Positions 11,990-25,344 of a stretch of DNA of 64,000 nucleotides are shown piece by piece. A model generated the notes under the pieces. The model saw only the letters and a program-made list of their open reading frames with translations, did no database searches and was not told where the DNA came from. The stretch's first letter is position 1, and each line of letters opens with the position of its first letter. A program made the translations under genes and the position numbers. The DNA is from Sphyrna mokarran (lineage: Eukaryota): NCBI GenBank assembly GCA_024679065.1, contig JAGIQG010000040.1:5952001-6016000 (forward strand), read 5' to 3'.

Positions 11990-13881
11990 GTGAGGATACG
12001 AAGATTTCTCTCAAGGCCCCATCAATTTTCTCCATTGCTTCTCTCAATATTCAGAGTAAATCCCGTTAGGTCCTGTGGACTTTACTACCTTAGTCCTTCT
12101 CAAGAACCCCAATACCTTCTCCCTTTTTAATCTCAGAATAATTCAAACTATCTGCATATCCTCTCTCAGACTCATCATGCACTAAGTCCTTCTCTTTGGT
12201 GAATGCTGACACAAAGTAACGCCTTACCCTTTTCTCTGGCTCCACGCATAGAATATTTCCCTTGTCCTTGATTTGGACTAACCCTTTCCATTGCTACTTT
12301 CTTACTCTTTCTATGTGGATAAAAAGCCTTGGGATTTTCCTTAGTCTTGCGGATAAATGATTTTTTGTGATTCGTTTTCGCCCTCCTTACTCTTCGCCAA
12401 CATTTCTTTCCACTTCCCTTGTATTCCACACTTGCTTGGTGTTTTCCCAGCCTTCTAGCCTGCACAAATTCTTGTTTTATTTTTCTCTTTGACTAGGCTC
12501 ACAATATCTCTCATTGTCCAAATTGACTAAAACTTGCCATTTTTATCCTTCATCCTTATAGGAATGTGCCAGTCCTGAATCACTATCAACTTACATTTGA
12601 AAGCCTCCAACATGCCAAGTGTTGATTTTCTCTCAGATATCTGCCCCAGTCTACATTCTTCAGTTCCTGCCTAATATTGTTGTAATTAGCCTTCCCCCAA
12701 TTTATCACTTTAACTTGAGAACCACACATATCCTGATCCATCAGTACTGAAATCTTACTAAATTGTAGCCACTGTTCCCGAACTGCTCCCTACTGAAACG
12801 TTGACTAGCTGGCCGGGTTCATTCCCCGATACAAGGTCCAAAACGGCTCGTTCCCTAGTTGGACTATCTAAATACTCTTTCAAGAAGCCCCCTCGCGGAT
12901 ACTCCTTATAACCTTGCTCCATCCGTACCGTTAGCACTGAGACTCAGTCAATGTAGCATGTGTTAAAATCTCCCGCCACAACCACCATGTTACTTCGACA
13001 CCTCCCCAAATTTTGCCTACATATTTGTTCTTCTATCTCCCGTTGGCTGTTGGGCACCCTATAGTAAACCCCAACATTGTGATTACACCCTTCCAATTCC
13101 TTAGCTCTACCCACATTGCCTCACTGCATGGGCCTCCTAGCTGCCCTCCCGCCGTACACTTGTGAGTTTCTCCTTAATCCTTAACTGCTTCACCCCTTTG
13201 ACTTCTCTGTCTAACAAGCCTGATACATCAATATGCTCAACGTTAAGCTGCCAACCCTGTCCTTCCTTTAACCAAGAGTCTGAAATAACTCCATAGGTCC
13301 AAGTACTAATCCAAGCCCTGAGTTCATTTTCTTTACCTGTTATACTTTTCGCATTGAAACAAATGCACTTCAGTCCACCAGAACCTCTTTAATTAGCAAC
13401 CACATCCTGCTTGCTCTTTCTCTGAGGCTTACTGTCCCTACTCTCTAGCTCCCCTACAGTTAATTCACACTTTTTTTTGGTTCCCACTCCTCTGCCAAAC
13501 TAGTTGAAATCCTTAGATGTTACATGAGCAAACCTCCAGGTCAGAATATTTATGCCTGTCCAGTTTAGATGCATCCCAGCCTTCTTGTAGAATTCCCACC
13601 TGGCCCAGAAGTGATCCCAATCGTCCAGATATCTGTAACTCTTCATCCTACACCAGCGGTTCAGCCACGTGTTGAGCTGTGATGTCTTCCTAATTCTAGC
13701 CTCACCTGGCAAGTGACACAGGGAATAAGTCTGAGATTACAACCCAAGGGGTACTGTTTTTCAAGTTGCTACTAAACTCCCAAACTGCTGTTGCAGGAAT
13801 TCAGTACGAATATGTACCACAACCATTGGCTTTTAACCCTCTCCCTTCAGAATGCTTTCTGCCCATTCAGAGACATCCTGG
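11990..13881 (-). mobile_element. Old CR1 LINE fragment (ORF1 esterase C-terminus + endonuclease region), interrupted at 13881 and resuming at ~21091
   Basis: Fragments KTKENPKAFY and LNTWLNRWCR...LHLNWTGINIL. The paralogous site at 30140-30190 is uninterrupted. Confidence 0.75.
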
Positions 13882-16800
13882 TGCGAGGTGATGCATTTCA
13901 GGAGAAAGAATGTAGGGGGGCGGTATATGATAAAGGGTATACCTATAAAGAGTATAGAAACGCAGAGGGACCTGGGGGTGCAGGGGCACAAGTATCTGAA
14001 GGTGGCAGAGCAGGAGGAGAAGGTTGTGAAAAAAACATATGGTATGCTAGCCTTTATAGGAAGGGGTATAGAGTACAAGAGCTGGCCTTTAATGTTGCAG
14101 TTGTACAAAACGTTGGTTAGATCTCATTTGGAATACTGTGTCCAGTTCTCGTCGCCTTACTACCAGAAGGACGTGGAGACTCTGGAGAGTCTCCACAGCA
14201 TTACGGTGGCAGAAAAGACGTTTGATGTGGACTTGTCTGCTGAGGTAGTGTGGGCTGAGATTAGAAACAAGAAAGGAGAGGTCACACTGTTGGGAGATTT
14301 TTATAGGCCTCCAAAACGTTCCAGAGAAGTAGAGGAAGGGATTGCAAAGTTGATCCTGGATAGGTGTGAAAGTAACAGGGTAGTTGTAATGGGGGACTTT
14401 AACTTTTCTAATATCGATTGGAAAAGCTATAGTTCAAGTACGTTAGAGGGGTCAGTTTTTGTTCAATGTGTGCAGGAAGGTTTCATGACTCAGTATGTAG
14501 ATAGGCCAACAAGAGGTGAGGCTATATTGGATTTGGTACTGGGTAATGAACCAGGCCAGGTGTTAGACTTGGAGGTGGGTGAGCACTTTGATGATAGTGA
14601 CCTCAATTCGGTTACGTTTACCTTAGTGATGGAAAGGGATGGGCACATACCGAATAACAGTAGTTATAGCTGGGGGAAAGGTAATTATGAAGCTATTAGG
14701 ACAGATTTAGGATGCATAGGGTGGAGCAGGAAATTGCAAGGGCTGGGGACATCTGAAATGTGGAGCATATTTAAGGAACAGCTTCTGTATGTCCTTAATG
14801 AATATGTACCTGTCAGACAGGGAGGAAGTGGTCGAGTGAGGCAACCATAGTGTACTAGGGAAGTTGAATCTCTGGTGAAGGGGAAGAAGGAGGCTTATAT
14901 AATGATGAGACGTGAAGGCTCAGTTAGGGCAATGGAGAGCTATAAATTAGCCAGGAAGGGGCTAAAGAGGGAGTTGAGAAGAGCTAGAAGAGGACACGAG
15001 AAGACTTTGGCGGATAGGATTAAGGAGAATCCTAAAGCTTTTTACAGGTATATAAATAATAAAAGATTGGTTAGGGCAAGATTAGAGCCAGTCAGAGGTA
15101 GCAGTGGGAAGTTGTGCGTGGGAGCCTGAGGAGATAGGAGAGACACTGAATGACTATTTTTCGTCAGTATTCACACAGGAGGAAGACAATGTTGTCGGCG
15201 AGAATACTGCGATACCAGGTTGTAGACTGGGCAGGATTGAGGTTCATAAGGAGGAGGTGTTAGCGAATCTTGAGGGTATGAAAATTGATAAGTCCCCTGG
15301 GCCAGATGGGATTTACCCTAGGATTCTCTGGGAGGCTAGAGAGGAGATTGCAGAGCCTTTGGCTTTGATCTTCATGTCGTCGTTGGCTACAGGTATAGTG
15401 CCGGAAGACTGGAGGATGGCAAATGTTGTCCCTTTGTTCAAAAAGGAGAGTAGGGACCATCCTGGAAATTATAGACTGGTGAGCCTGACTTCTGTTGTGG
15501 GCAAGGTCTTGGAAAAAATTATAAGGGATAGGATTTATAAGCACCTAGAGAGGAATAAATTGATTAGGGATAGTCAGCACGGTTTTGTGAAGGGTAGGTC
15601 GTGCCTCACAAACCTTATTGAGTTTTTTGAGGAGGTGACCAAAGAGGTAGATAAGGGTAAGGCAGTTGATGCATTGTATATAGATTTTAGCAAAGCGTTT
15701 GATAAGGTTCCGCATGGTAGACTACTGCAGAAAGTGCAGATGCATGGGATTGAAGGTGATTTAGCAGTTTGGATTAGGAATTGGCTAGTTGATAGAAGAC
15801 AGAGGGTGGTGGTTGATGGGAAATATTCAACCTGGAGTGCAGTTACAAGTGGTGTACCTCAAGGATCTGTTTTAGGGCCACTGCTGTTTGTCATTTTTAT
15901 AAATGACCTAGATGAGGGTGTAGAGGGTTGGATCAGTAAATTTGCTGACGATACCAAAGTGGGGGGAGTTGTAGACAGCGAGGACGAATGTTGCAGTTTG
16001 CAGAGGGACGTAGATAGGTTGCAGAGCTGGGCCATGAGGTGGCAAATGGAATTCAATACGGATAAGTGTGAGGTGATTCACTTTGGTAGGAATAACAGGC
16101 ATATGAAATATAGGGCTAATGGAAGGGCCCTTAATAGTGTTGTCGAGCAGAGGGATCTTGGGGTACAAGTACATAGCTCTTTGAAAGTTGGCACCCAGGT
16201 TGATAAAGTTGTTAAGAAGGCGTACGGTGTGTTAGCTTTTATTGGTAGAGGGATTGAATTTAGGAGCCGTGAGGTTATGTTACAACTGTACAAAACTCTG
16301 GTGCGGCCGCACTTGGAGTATTGCGTACAGTTCTGGTCGCCGCATTATAAGAAAGATGTGGAAGCATTGGAAAGGGTGCAGAGGAGGTTTACCAGGATGT
16401 TGCCTGGTATGGTGGGAAGGCCTTATGAGGAAAGGCTGAGGGACCTGAGGTTATTTTCATTAGAGAGAAGAAGGTTACGCGGTGACCTAATTGAGGCGTA
16501 TAAGATGATCAAGGGACTGGATAGGGTGGATAGTAAGAGCCTTGTTCCTCGGATGTTGATGACCAACACGAGGGGGCATAACTTTAAATTAAGAGGTGGT
16601 AGTTATAGGACGGATGTCAGAGGCAGGTTCTTTACACAGAGGATGGTGAGGGCGTGGAATACCCTGCCTGCAGCAGTTGTGGACTCGCCTACTTTGGGGG
16701 CATTCAAATGGTCGGTGATTAGGCATATGGATGATATTGCTATAGTTTAGGTTAGAGGGTCCACTGGCCGGCGCAACATCGAGGGCCGAAGGGCCTGTAC

Positions 16801-17250
16801 TGCGCTGTAATGTTCTATGTTCTAGAGTGCAGAGGAGGTTTACCTGGATGCTGCCTGGTGTGGAAGGTCTGAGTTACGAGGAGAGATTAGGCAAATTGGG
16901 ACTGTTTTCCTTAGAAAGACGTTGACTTAGAGGAGATCTAATCGAGGTCTACGAGATTATGAGGGGTATAGATAGAGCAGACAGGGTTAAGCTTTTTCCT
17001 ACGGTGGACTCGAATAACACGAGGGGTCATGGGCTTAGGGTGAGAGGGGTAAGATACAATTTGGATGCTAGAGGGAGTTTTTTCACACAGAGGGTGGTGG
17101 GGGTATGGAATGCGCTGCCAAGTAAAGTGGTGGAGGCAGGCACTCTGGAGTTAGTTAAGAAATACTTAGATGGGCACATGTACAGAATGGGAATGGAGGG
17201 GTATAGAAAATTGATTTAAAATAGGGATCATGAGCCTTGGGAGTCCCTGA
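13882..17250 (+). mobile_element. CR1 3' fragment (element A) split by nested CR1 element B; first unit of a ~3.33-kb tandem duplication
   Basis: Element A reads ...KDVETLE at 14190 and resumes RVQRRFTWMLPG at 16824. AGAGT is duplicated at 14186-14190 and 16824-16828. Confidence 0.85.
14191..16823 (+). mobile_element. Young 5'-truncated CR1 LINE (element B copy 1): partial APE endonuclease + reverse transcriptase
   Basis: VVMGDFN and ILDLVL endonuclease motifs. RT ORF 15104..16750 contains [21 protein letters not shown] and KFADD. 3' tail tgtaatgttctatgttct. One stop (14848) and one frameshift. Confidence 0.95.
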
Positions 17251-20200
17251 ATATGATAAAGGGTGATACTAAGAAAGAGTTAGAAAACGAGAGGGACCTG
17301 GGGGTTGCAGGGGCACAAGTATCTGAAGGTGGCAGAGCAGGTGGAGAAGTGTGTGAAGAAAACAATATGGTATGCTAGCCCTAAGGAAGAGGTATAGATG
17401 TACCAGAGCTGCCTTTAATGTGGAGTTGTAGAAAAACGTTGGTTTAGATTCTTCATTTGGAATACTGTGCCCAGTTCTCGTTGCCTTACTACCAGAAGGA
17501 CGTGGAGACTCTGGAGAGTCTCCACAGAATTACGGTGGCAGAAAAGACGTTTGATGTGGACTTGTCTGCTGAGGTAGTGTGGGCTGAGATTAGAAACAAG
17601 AAAGGAGAGGTCACACTGTTGGGAGATTTTTATAGGCCTCCAAAAAGTTCCAGAGAAGTAGAGGAAGGGATTGCAAAGTTGATCCTGGATAGGTGTGAAA
17701 GTAACAGGGTAGTTGTAATGGGGACTTTAACTTTTCTAATATCGATTGGAAAAGCTATAGTTCAAGTACGTTAGAGGGGTCAGTTTTTGTTCAATGTGTG
17801 CAGGAAGGTTTCATGACTCAGTATGTAGATAGGCCAACAAGAGGTGAGGCTATATTGGATTTGGTACTGGGTAATGAACCAGACCAGGTGTTAGACTTGG
17901 AGGTGGGTGAGCACTTTGATGATAGTGACCACAATTCGGTTACGTTTACCTTAGTGATGGAAAGGGATGGGCACATACCGAATAACAGTAGTTATAGCTG
18001 GGGGAAAGGTAATTATGAAGCTATTAGGAGAGATTTAGGATGCATAGGGTGGAGCAGGAAATTGCAAGGGCTGGGGACATCTGAAATGTGGAGCATATTT
18101 AAGGAACAGCTTCTGCATGTCCTTAATGAATATGTACCTGCCAGGCAGGGAGGAAGTGGTCGAGTGAGGGAACCATGGTGTACTAGGGAAGTTGAATCTC
18201 TGGTGAAGAGGAAGAAGGAGGCTTATATAATGATGAGACGTGAAGGCTCAGTTAGGGCACTGGAGAGCTATAAATCAGCCAGGAAGGAGCTAAAGAGGGA
18301 GTTGAGAAGAGCTAGAAGAGGACACGAGAAGACTTTGGCGGATAGGATTAAGGAGAATCCTAAAGCTTTTTACAGGTATATAAATAATAAAAGATTGGTT
18401 AGGGCAAGATTAGGGCCAGTCAGAGATAGCAGTGGGAAGTTGTGCGTGGAGCCTGAGGAGATAGGAGAGACACTGAATGAGTATTTTTCGTCAGTATTCA
18501 CGCAGGAGAAAGACAATGTTGTCGGGGAGAATACTGCGATACCAGGTTGTAGACTGGGCAGGATTGAGGTTCATAAGGAGGAGGTGTTAGCGAATCTTGA
18601 GGGTATGAAAATTGATAAGTCCCCTGGGCCAGATGGGATTTACCCTAGGATTCTCTGGAGGCTAGAGAGGAGATTGCAGAGCCTTTGGCTTTGATCTTCA
18701 TGTCGTCGTTAGCTACAGGTATAGTGCCGGAAGACTGGAGGATGGCAAATGTTGTCCCTTTGTTCAAAAAGGGGAGTAGGGACCATCCTGGAAATTATAG
18801 ACCGGTGAGCCTGACTTCTGTTGTGGGCAAGGTCTTGGAAAGAATTATAAGGGATAGGATTTATAAGCATCTAGAGAGAAATAAATTGATTAGGGATAGT
18901 CAGCACGGTTTTGTGAAGGGTAGGTCGTGCCTCACAAACCTTATTGAGTTTTTTGAGGAGGTGACCAAAGAGGTAGATAAGGGTAAGGCAGTTGATGTAT
19001 TGTATATGGATTTTAGCAAAGCGTTTGATAAGGTTCCGCATGGTAGGCTACTGCAGAAAGTGCAGATGCATGGGATTGAAGGTGATTTAGCAGTTTGGAT
19101 TAGGAATTGGCTAGTTGATAGAAGACAGAGGGTGGTGGTTGATGGGAAATATTCAACCTGGAGTGCAGTTACAAGTGGTGTACCTCAAGGATCTGTTTTA
19201 AGGGCCACTTCTGTTTGTCATTTTTATAAATGACCTAGATGAGGGTGTAGAGGGTTGGATTAGTCAATTTGCTGACGATACCAAAGTGGGGGGAGTTGTA
19301 GACAGCGAGGACGAATGTTGCAGTTTGCAGAGGGACGTAGATAGGTTGCAGAGCTGGGCCGTGAGGTGGCAAATGGAATTCAATACGGATAAGTGTGAGG
19401 TGATTCACTTTGGTAGGAATAATAGGCATATGAAATATAGGGCTAATGGAAGGACCCTTAATAGTGTTGTCGAGCAGAGGGATCTTGGGGTACAAGTACA
19501 TAGCTCTTTGAAAGTTGGCACCCAGGTTGATAAAGTTGTTAAGAAGGCGTACGGTGTGTTAGCTTTTATTGGTAGAGGGATTGAATTTAGGAGCCGTGAG
19601 GTTATGTTACAACTGTACAAAACTCTGGTGTGGCTGCACTTGGAGTATTGCGTACAGTTCTGGTCGCCGCATTATAAGAAAGATGTGGAAGCATTGGAAA
19701 GGGTGCAGAGGAGGTTTACCAGGATGTTGCCTGGTATGGTGGGAAGGCCTTATGAGGAAAGGCTGAGGGACCTGAGGTTATTTTCATTAGAGAGAAGAAG
19801 GTTACGCGGTGACCTAATTGAGGCGTATAAGATGATCAAGGGATTGGATAGGGTGGATAGTGAGAGCCTTTTTCCTCGGATGGTGATGACCAACACGAGG
19901 GGGCATAACTTTAAATTAAGAGGTGGTAGTTATAGGACGGATGTCAGAGGCAGGTTCTTTACACAGAGGATGGTGAGGGCGTGGAATGCCCTGCCTGCAG
20001 CAGTTGTGGACTCGCCTACTTTGGGGGCATTCAAATGGTCGGTGATTAGGCATATGGATGGTATTGGAATAGTTTAGGTTAGAGGGTCCACTGGCCGGCG
20101 CAACTTCGAGGGCCGAAGGGCCTGTACTGCGCTGTAATGTTCTATGTTCTAGAGTGCAGAGGAGGTTTACCTGGACGCTGCCTGGTGTGGAAGGTCTGAG

Positions 20201-20580
20201 TTACGAGGAGAGATTAGGCAAATTGGAACTGTTTTCCTTAGAAAGACGTTGACTTAGAGGAGATCTAAACGAGGTCTACGAGATTATGAAGGGTATAGAT
20301 AGAATAGACAGGGTTAAGCTTTTTCCTATGGTGGACTCGAACAACACGAGGGGTCATGGGCTTAGGGTGAGAGGGGTAAGATACAATTTGGATGCTGGAG
20401 GGAGTTTTTTCACACAGAGGGTGGTGGGGGTATGGAATGCGCTGCCAAGTAAAGTGGTGGAGGCAGGCACTCTCGAGTTAGTTAAGAAATACTTAGATGG
20501 GCACATGAACAGAATGGGAATGGAGGGGTATAGAAAATTGATTTAAAATAGGGATCATGAGCCTTGGGAGTCCCTGAGAA
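17251..20580 (+). repeat. Second unit of the nested CR1 tandem duplication
   Basis: Offset about 3327-3329 nt from the first unit and nearly identical. The first ~200 nt are indel-rich. Confidence 0.9.
17520..20150 (+). mobile_element. CR1 LINE element B copy 2 (frameshifted)
   Basis: ORFs 17798..18694, 18685..19233 and 19286..20077 are near-identical to copy 1. Flanked by AGAGT at 17515-17519 and 20151-20155. Confidence 0.95.
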
Positions 20581-20762
20581 GTGTGTAAACAGATGATGAT
20601 ATTGATGTAATTGTTTTTATCCCACAGGTGCTTTGGTCCACCTTGTTGTCCAACAAAGGACATACACGCGATGGGTCATGAGAGGTCTGCTTTTGGATTT
20701 TTTTTTCGCGTGTATCCTAGTGCTTCACGTCATTAGTGTATGTTTGACCTGGACCATTTGAT

Positions 20763-21090
20763 GGGCAACACGACAGCTCAGTGACTATCGCTGTACTGTG
20801 CAGATACATGGGTTTGGGCCTGAGTCTGTAGGAGTTTGCACATTCTCCCAGTGCTTGCGTGGGTTTTCTCCGGGTGCTCCGGTTTCCTCCCACATTCCAA
20901 AAATGTACTTTTAGGCTAACTGGCAAAAGAAATTCCCCCTAAATGGTCTCAAATTTGGTTTGTAATCGATAGATCTATAAACATAGAAAGGGATAGCGTG
21001 TCGAGGTGGGAAAATCAGGGTGGCAGCGCGGGCTCGTTGGGCCGAAAGGCCTGTTTCCCGTGCTGTTTTGTTCTTTGTTCCTTGTTCTTT
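20763..21090 (+). mobile_element. V-SINE (HE1-like) with CR1-derived tail
   Basis: V-domain core ggagtttgcacattctccc...gcgtgggttttctccgggtgctccggtttcctcccaca and 3' tail gggccgaaaggcctgtttcccgtgctg(ttctttg)n. Confidence 0.8.
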
Positions 21091-21566
21091 GACCCTGGTA
21101 CCAGGGAGGCAACATGGCATGGTGGAGTCTCTTTCACATCTAAATGAAATCATTTAAAAATCGTTTCAAATCATTTGGAAAACGCATAAATTGTCAACAT
21201 CCCTCCTCTGTCCCTAACAGGCCCATCACCCATGGCACGTCCCAATAACTCCAGCGCCGCATCATTCCTGAGTTCTGCATCATCCTGCATCCCACCATGA
21301 TGCCCAGGATCCCAATCACTCTACACTCTTTCCATCGCCTCTGGCACCCCATGTCATTACTGCTTCACCCTTTTTTCTGCACACACTGTTTTTATTTCAT
21401 TTATGATTCCTTCCATTGGGTCGCAGATGTTCCCATTTGTTCTATCAGGTTGAGTACTTTAATACATTTCAGTGTACAGTAGCACATCTCAATAACTACT
21501 CAACCAAATGGTCATTTTGCCAGCAGCATGATGTATGATTGCATTATTTATTTCCCTTTCTCACAG

Positions 21567-22453
21567 TGAACTTAGTCACCATTGTGATCCTCATTCGCAA
21601 AAACTGTGGTCTCTCCAGATGTGTCACTTGTTACCTGGTGGCCATGTCATTGTCGGATCTGCTGGTTATTATCCTTGACCTGATATTGAGACACATTCCG
21701 ATTGTTTTTGATGAATTGTTTCATTTCCTGAAATTCATCCCCGTGTGTAATATCCACGCTGTCCTGCTTTATGCAGCCACTGACTGTTCTGTCTGGTTCA
21801 CCGTCAGTTTCACCTTTGATCGATTTGTGGCCATTTGTTGCCAGAAGCTGAAAAATAAATATTGCAGCGAGAAAGTGGCATCTGTGGTTCTGGGAACAGT
21901 GACTGCACTGAGCTGTTTAAAGAATCTTTTCTGGTATTTTATGGTAACACGTCAGTATGTATTGATAAACGACCCTTGGTTTTGTAATTATTCATTTGAT
22001 GTCATGCTTTCTCCAGTCTGGGGAGCAATTGTGTTCCTCCATTACATTCTAACCCCATGTATCCCATTTGTTCTGATTCTGCTGCTCAATGTTCTCACCG
22101 TCAGAAAAATTTTAGTGATGAGCAGAGCCCGCAGGAGACTCCGGGCTCACTGCAATGGTGAGAGTGTCAGAGACGCAGAAATGGAAAGTCGAAGGAACTC
22201 CATCATTTTACTGTTTGTTATTTCAGCCAATTTCATCCTGTTATGGTCAACGATAATGATCGATACTTTATCTTTCCAGATATTCTGGTTAGGGTATCCA
22301 TATGTATACAGTGCGGTTTTTGTTGAAGCGTTGGGATTCATGTTGCAGCTCCTGAGCTGCAGCACAAACACTTTTATTTATGCGGTCACTCAGACTAAGT
22401 TCAGGGAGCAACTGAAGAATGTGATGAAATACCCATTTACCCAAAGTCATTAA
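21567..22453 (+). CDS. GPR139/142-like GPCR paralogue 1, coding exon 2 (TM1-TM7, C-tail)
   Basis: Acceptor tttctcacag|TG. Class A motifs: N1.50, YLVAMSLSDLL (D2.50), PVCN (C3.25), SVWFTVSFTFDRFVAIC, ECL2 WFC, LLSCSTNTFIY and helix 8 KFREQL. Open to TAA. Confidence 0.92.
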
Positions 22454-22529
22454 GAGAAAGACTGAATCACTCGGAGTTTCCAGATTTCTCTTTTGTTTAC
22501 ATTTCCTGAAAAGGGAGGTACAAACACGA

Positions 22530-23680
22530 CAGGATCTCCATAGATTCATGAAGTTGTATAGTGCAGAAAAGATTCTTCAGTCCATTAAATTTGCACCCAC
22601 AATAACTATCACTCAAGTCGCATTACTTGCATGGTCTTGCACTTGTCCCACATCCTTGAAGGTTATAATATTTCAAATTCTCATCCACATACTTGTTAAA
22701 ATGTATAAGGTTTCCACCTACTTTTGCAGGCAATGCATTCCAGATTTTCACTATTTGCTGAGACTTTTTTCAAATCCTCTCTGAATGTCCTGCCACTACC
22801 TCAAATGCTACACCTCCTTGTGATCGATCCTTGACTAAAACGAATACCTGATTCCTATTCAGCCTGTCCATCCCCCTCATAATCTTATACAACTCAGTCA
22901 TGTCTCGTCCGCCACTTCTGTGCCTATCTAAGTCTATCCAGTCTCCTTCATTGCTCAAATGTTCTATTCTAGGCAGAAGTGTGGTGAATATCCACTGTAT
23001 CAGTGGAATCACATCCTTCCTTCTGTGAGATGACCTGATCCATACGCAGTGCGCCTGCTGTGGCTTAACCAGTGTTCTGAACAGCTCCAACATTATCCTT
23101 CTACTTCTACTCTATGCCACAACTGTCAAAAACAAGCGTCTGTATACATTCCTAAATATGATATTCACCTGCTCTGCTGCCTTCAAGGATTTATGAGTAT
23201 TTCCCCCAAGAACCATCTGTTCCACTGAGACTCCTGGTGTCCTGCATGCATTAAATACTCCCTTGTCTTGTTATTTCTCCCAAAGTGCATCAAGTCGCAC
23301 TTAGTAGGATTAAATACCGCCTGGCACTGCTTTGTCATCTGACCAATTCATTTCTATCTTCCTGACAACTACAACCTTTTTCTTTACCCTTAACCACCCT
23401 ACCAACCTTGTTTAGCATTTCTCTACATTTCATCTTATACTTTGTGTAGATAATAAACAGGAAGTGTCCCTGCACTGATTTTTGTGATATGCCACTAGAC
23501 ACTGGCTTCCAGTCACTCAAACAGCCTTCTATGATGATACTTTGTTTACAAGCCAGTTTTGGATCTGCATTGCAAAGTTCCTCCGAATTCTATGTGTTTC
23601 ATTTTGTCAATCAGTTCTCCCATGTAGATCCTTGTCAGAAGTTTTGCTAAAATCCATATAAACTACATCAATTGGTCCCT
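22530..23680 (-). mobile_element. Highly degraded CR1 RT/3' fragment (paralogous to 31600-32760 and 44450-45600)
   Basis: MLELFRTLVKPQ..HCV and WKPVSSGISQKSV remnants. Confidence 0.65.
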
Positions 23681-24059
23681 CCGACTGGCTGGGTCAACTA
23701 TCCAAGATCCAATTACCTTGTTCTGACTTGAATACAATGACAATGAGATAATTTCCTCTCCGATTCACCCTTCCAGCTGCCCATTAACGCGCTACTTCAC
23801 TCTGATTGGATAGCAATCATCCAAACATCATCCTCTTGGTAAGTGGTTCTACAATTCCCATAATACACTGCTGGGGGTGGCCTGAAGAATTGAGTTTTCA
23901 GAGACATCATGAGATAACCGAAGGGAGGTGAGATCACAAACCGCACCTACATAATTAACTGGGTTAACAGTTAAGTGTTGCATTGTCAATTTGAAGTCAA
24001 ATGGGACAGGAGATCGAAGGAGAAACAGGAAAATCATTAGTCTCCAGAATCAATCTCAG

Positions 24060-24380
24060 CGAGAGAGAGGGAGGGCGAGATATCTCGCAAAAAAAACAAT
24101 AGGATCAGACACCCCCGAGAGAGAGAGAGAAATAAGGGGAGAGAGTGAGGTAGAGCGAGAGGAACACAACGAGAAAGGGGGGAGAGAGGACAGGGAAGGC
24201 TGCAGAGGGCAGAAAGGGGGCAGAGAAGGGCAGAGGCATAAAAAAAGAGAACAGGGGCATAAAGGGAGAAGCAGAAGCGATAGTGAGGCAAGTAGACATA
24301 GGGAAGAGAAAGAGAGACAGAGAGGTGGGGGAGGGGGAGCGGGTGAACGTTAGTGAGAGAGAGAGATGGAGAGAAGGCCA
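24060..24380 (+). repeat. GA-rich low-complexity tract
   Basis: Purine-rich AG/GAGA tract with paralogues at 33140-33710 and (inverted) 43490-44070. Confidence 0.8.
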
Positions 24381-24559
24381 CGATAATAAAGAATAATGCT
24401 AGAGTTATATACAATAATATTTCAACTTTACAAATAAAATACGTTTACTATTTTAAAAATGGAAGGGGACAACAATAGCTGAGAATACAGAGTCAAATAC
24501 TCCCAGGAATGGCTTCAGGGTGCCCCTCTGAACATCAAACACCTCCCTGTGCTTACTGA

Positions 24560-25344
24560 TGTAGCCAAACAGCCCATCTGAAATGGCGTTTTGTAAAGCA
24601 CTCTGGGATAATTGTGCAAGAAACCAAACTGACAGGCTGCAGTTTAAAGACAGAGACAAACAGGCTGCAACCCTGACGAGTGAGTAAACAGGATATGGGT
24701 CATCTCCAGGATGAAAGAGACTTTCTGGTCACACTGAGTTGTGTACCAGACATAAGGACACCGTGATTCCTTATTTAGGAGAGAGGTATGTCTCCTATGT
24801 GCCTCCAGCGCCTAAACGCATGGCCGTTTAGAGATCGGTGTGTTAGTAGCCGATTAGAGTCTTATCGATCAGGGAGATCAAATCCTGATCAATTGATTGG
24901 CAATGGCCAAAAAAGTGCGTGAAAGCAAACGGGGTATAAAGGGTACTGCACAACCAGGAATCTTTCTCTCTGTCTGACCCCACGAATGAGCTACAATAAT
25001 GATGAACAAAGCCAGCAAGAGGAGAGCCTCCATACCCGACAAGGAAAGAAGAAGACCAGAGCCAGAATACACCAAAGGACCAGACTACGCAGATGACTAC
25101 CAAAGACCAGCGCACAGATAAAGGCCAATATCTGCTTGAGTACTTGCCAGTCACACAAAGTTAAGTCAAGGTCTTTGTATTGGATATGAATTCTAGTATT
25201 TTCTGTAAGGTAACTTATTGTTGGTCGGGTGGGTGATTATTGATTTTGTGGGTTTAAATAAAAATTGGTTGGACTAACAAAATGTCAACTCATAGTTATT
25301 TGTTCACCGTATAAGGGTTAAAACACACAGTGCGGGACGCAACA
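24560..25344 (+). mobile_element. Solo LTR (785 bp) with 4-bp target-site duplication CTGA
   Basis: Begins TGTAGC, ends GCAACA, with CTGA on both sides (24556-24559 and 25345-25348). Internal TATAAA at ~24935 and AATAAA at ~25257. The empty site is visible in the paralogue at ~33891-33910 (cttactaaaaaaagtaattg). Confidence 0.8.

Larger units (their letters stand above)
8762..13667 (+). repeat. Segmental duplication copy A (direct repeat of 50046-55158)
   Basis: Colinear Penelope fragment, GPCR upstream region, exon 1 and 5' part of the intron. Confidence 0.9.

Noticed and set aside
13852-14850. 332-aa ORF as a novel fusion protein
   Set aside because: It is a chance in-frame read-through across three repeat pieces (old CR1, CR1-A C-terminus, CR1-B endonuclease).
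21562-21605. RSS look-alike at the start of GPCR exon 2: CACAGTG ... GCAAAAACT (also at 30620-30663)
   Set aside because: The spacer is 28 nt, not 12 or 23. The heptamer is explained by the splice acceptor (CAG|TG) and the nonamer by codons for RKN. Paralogue 3 has TACAGTG.
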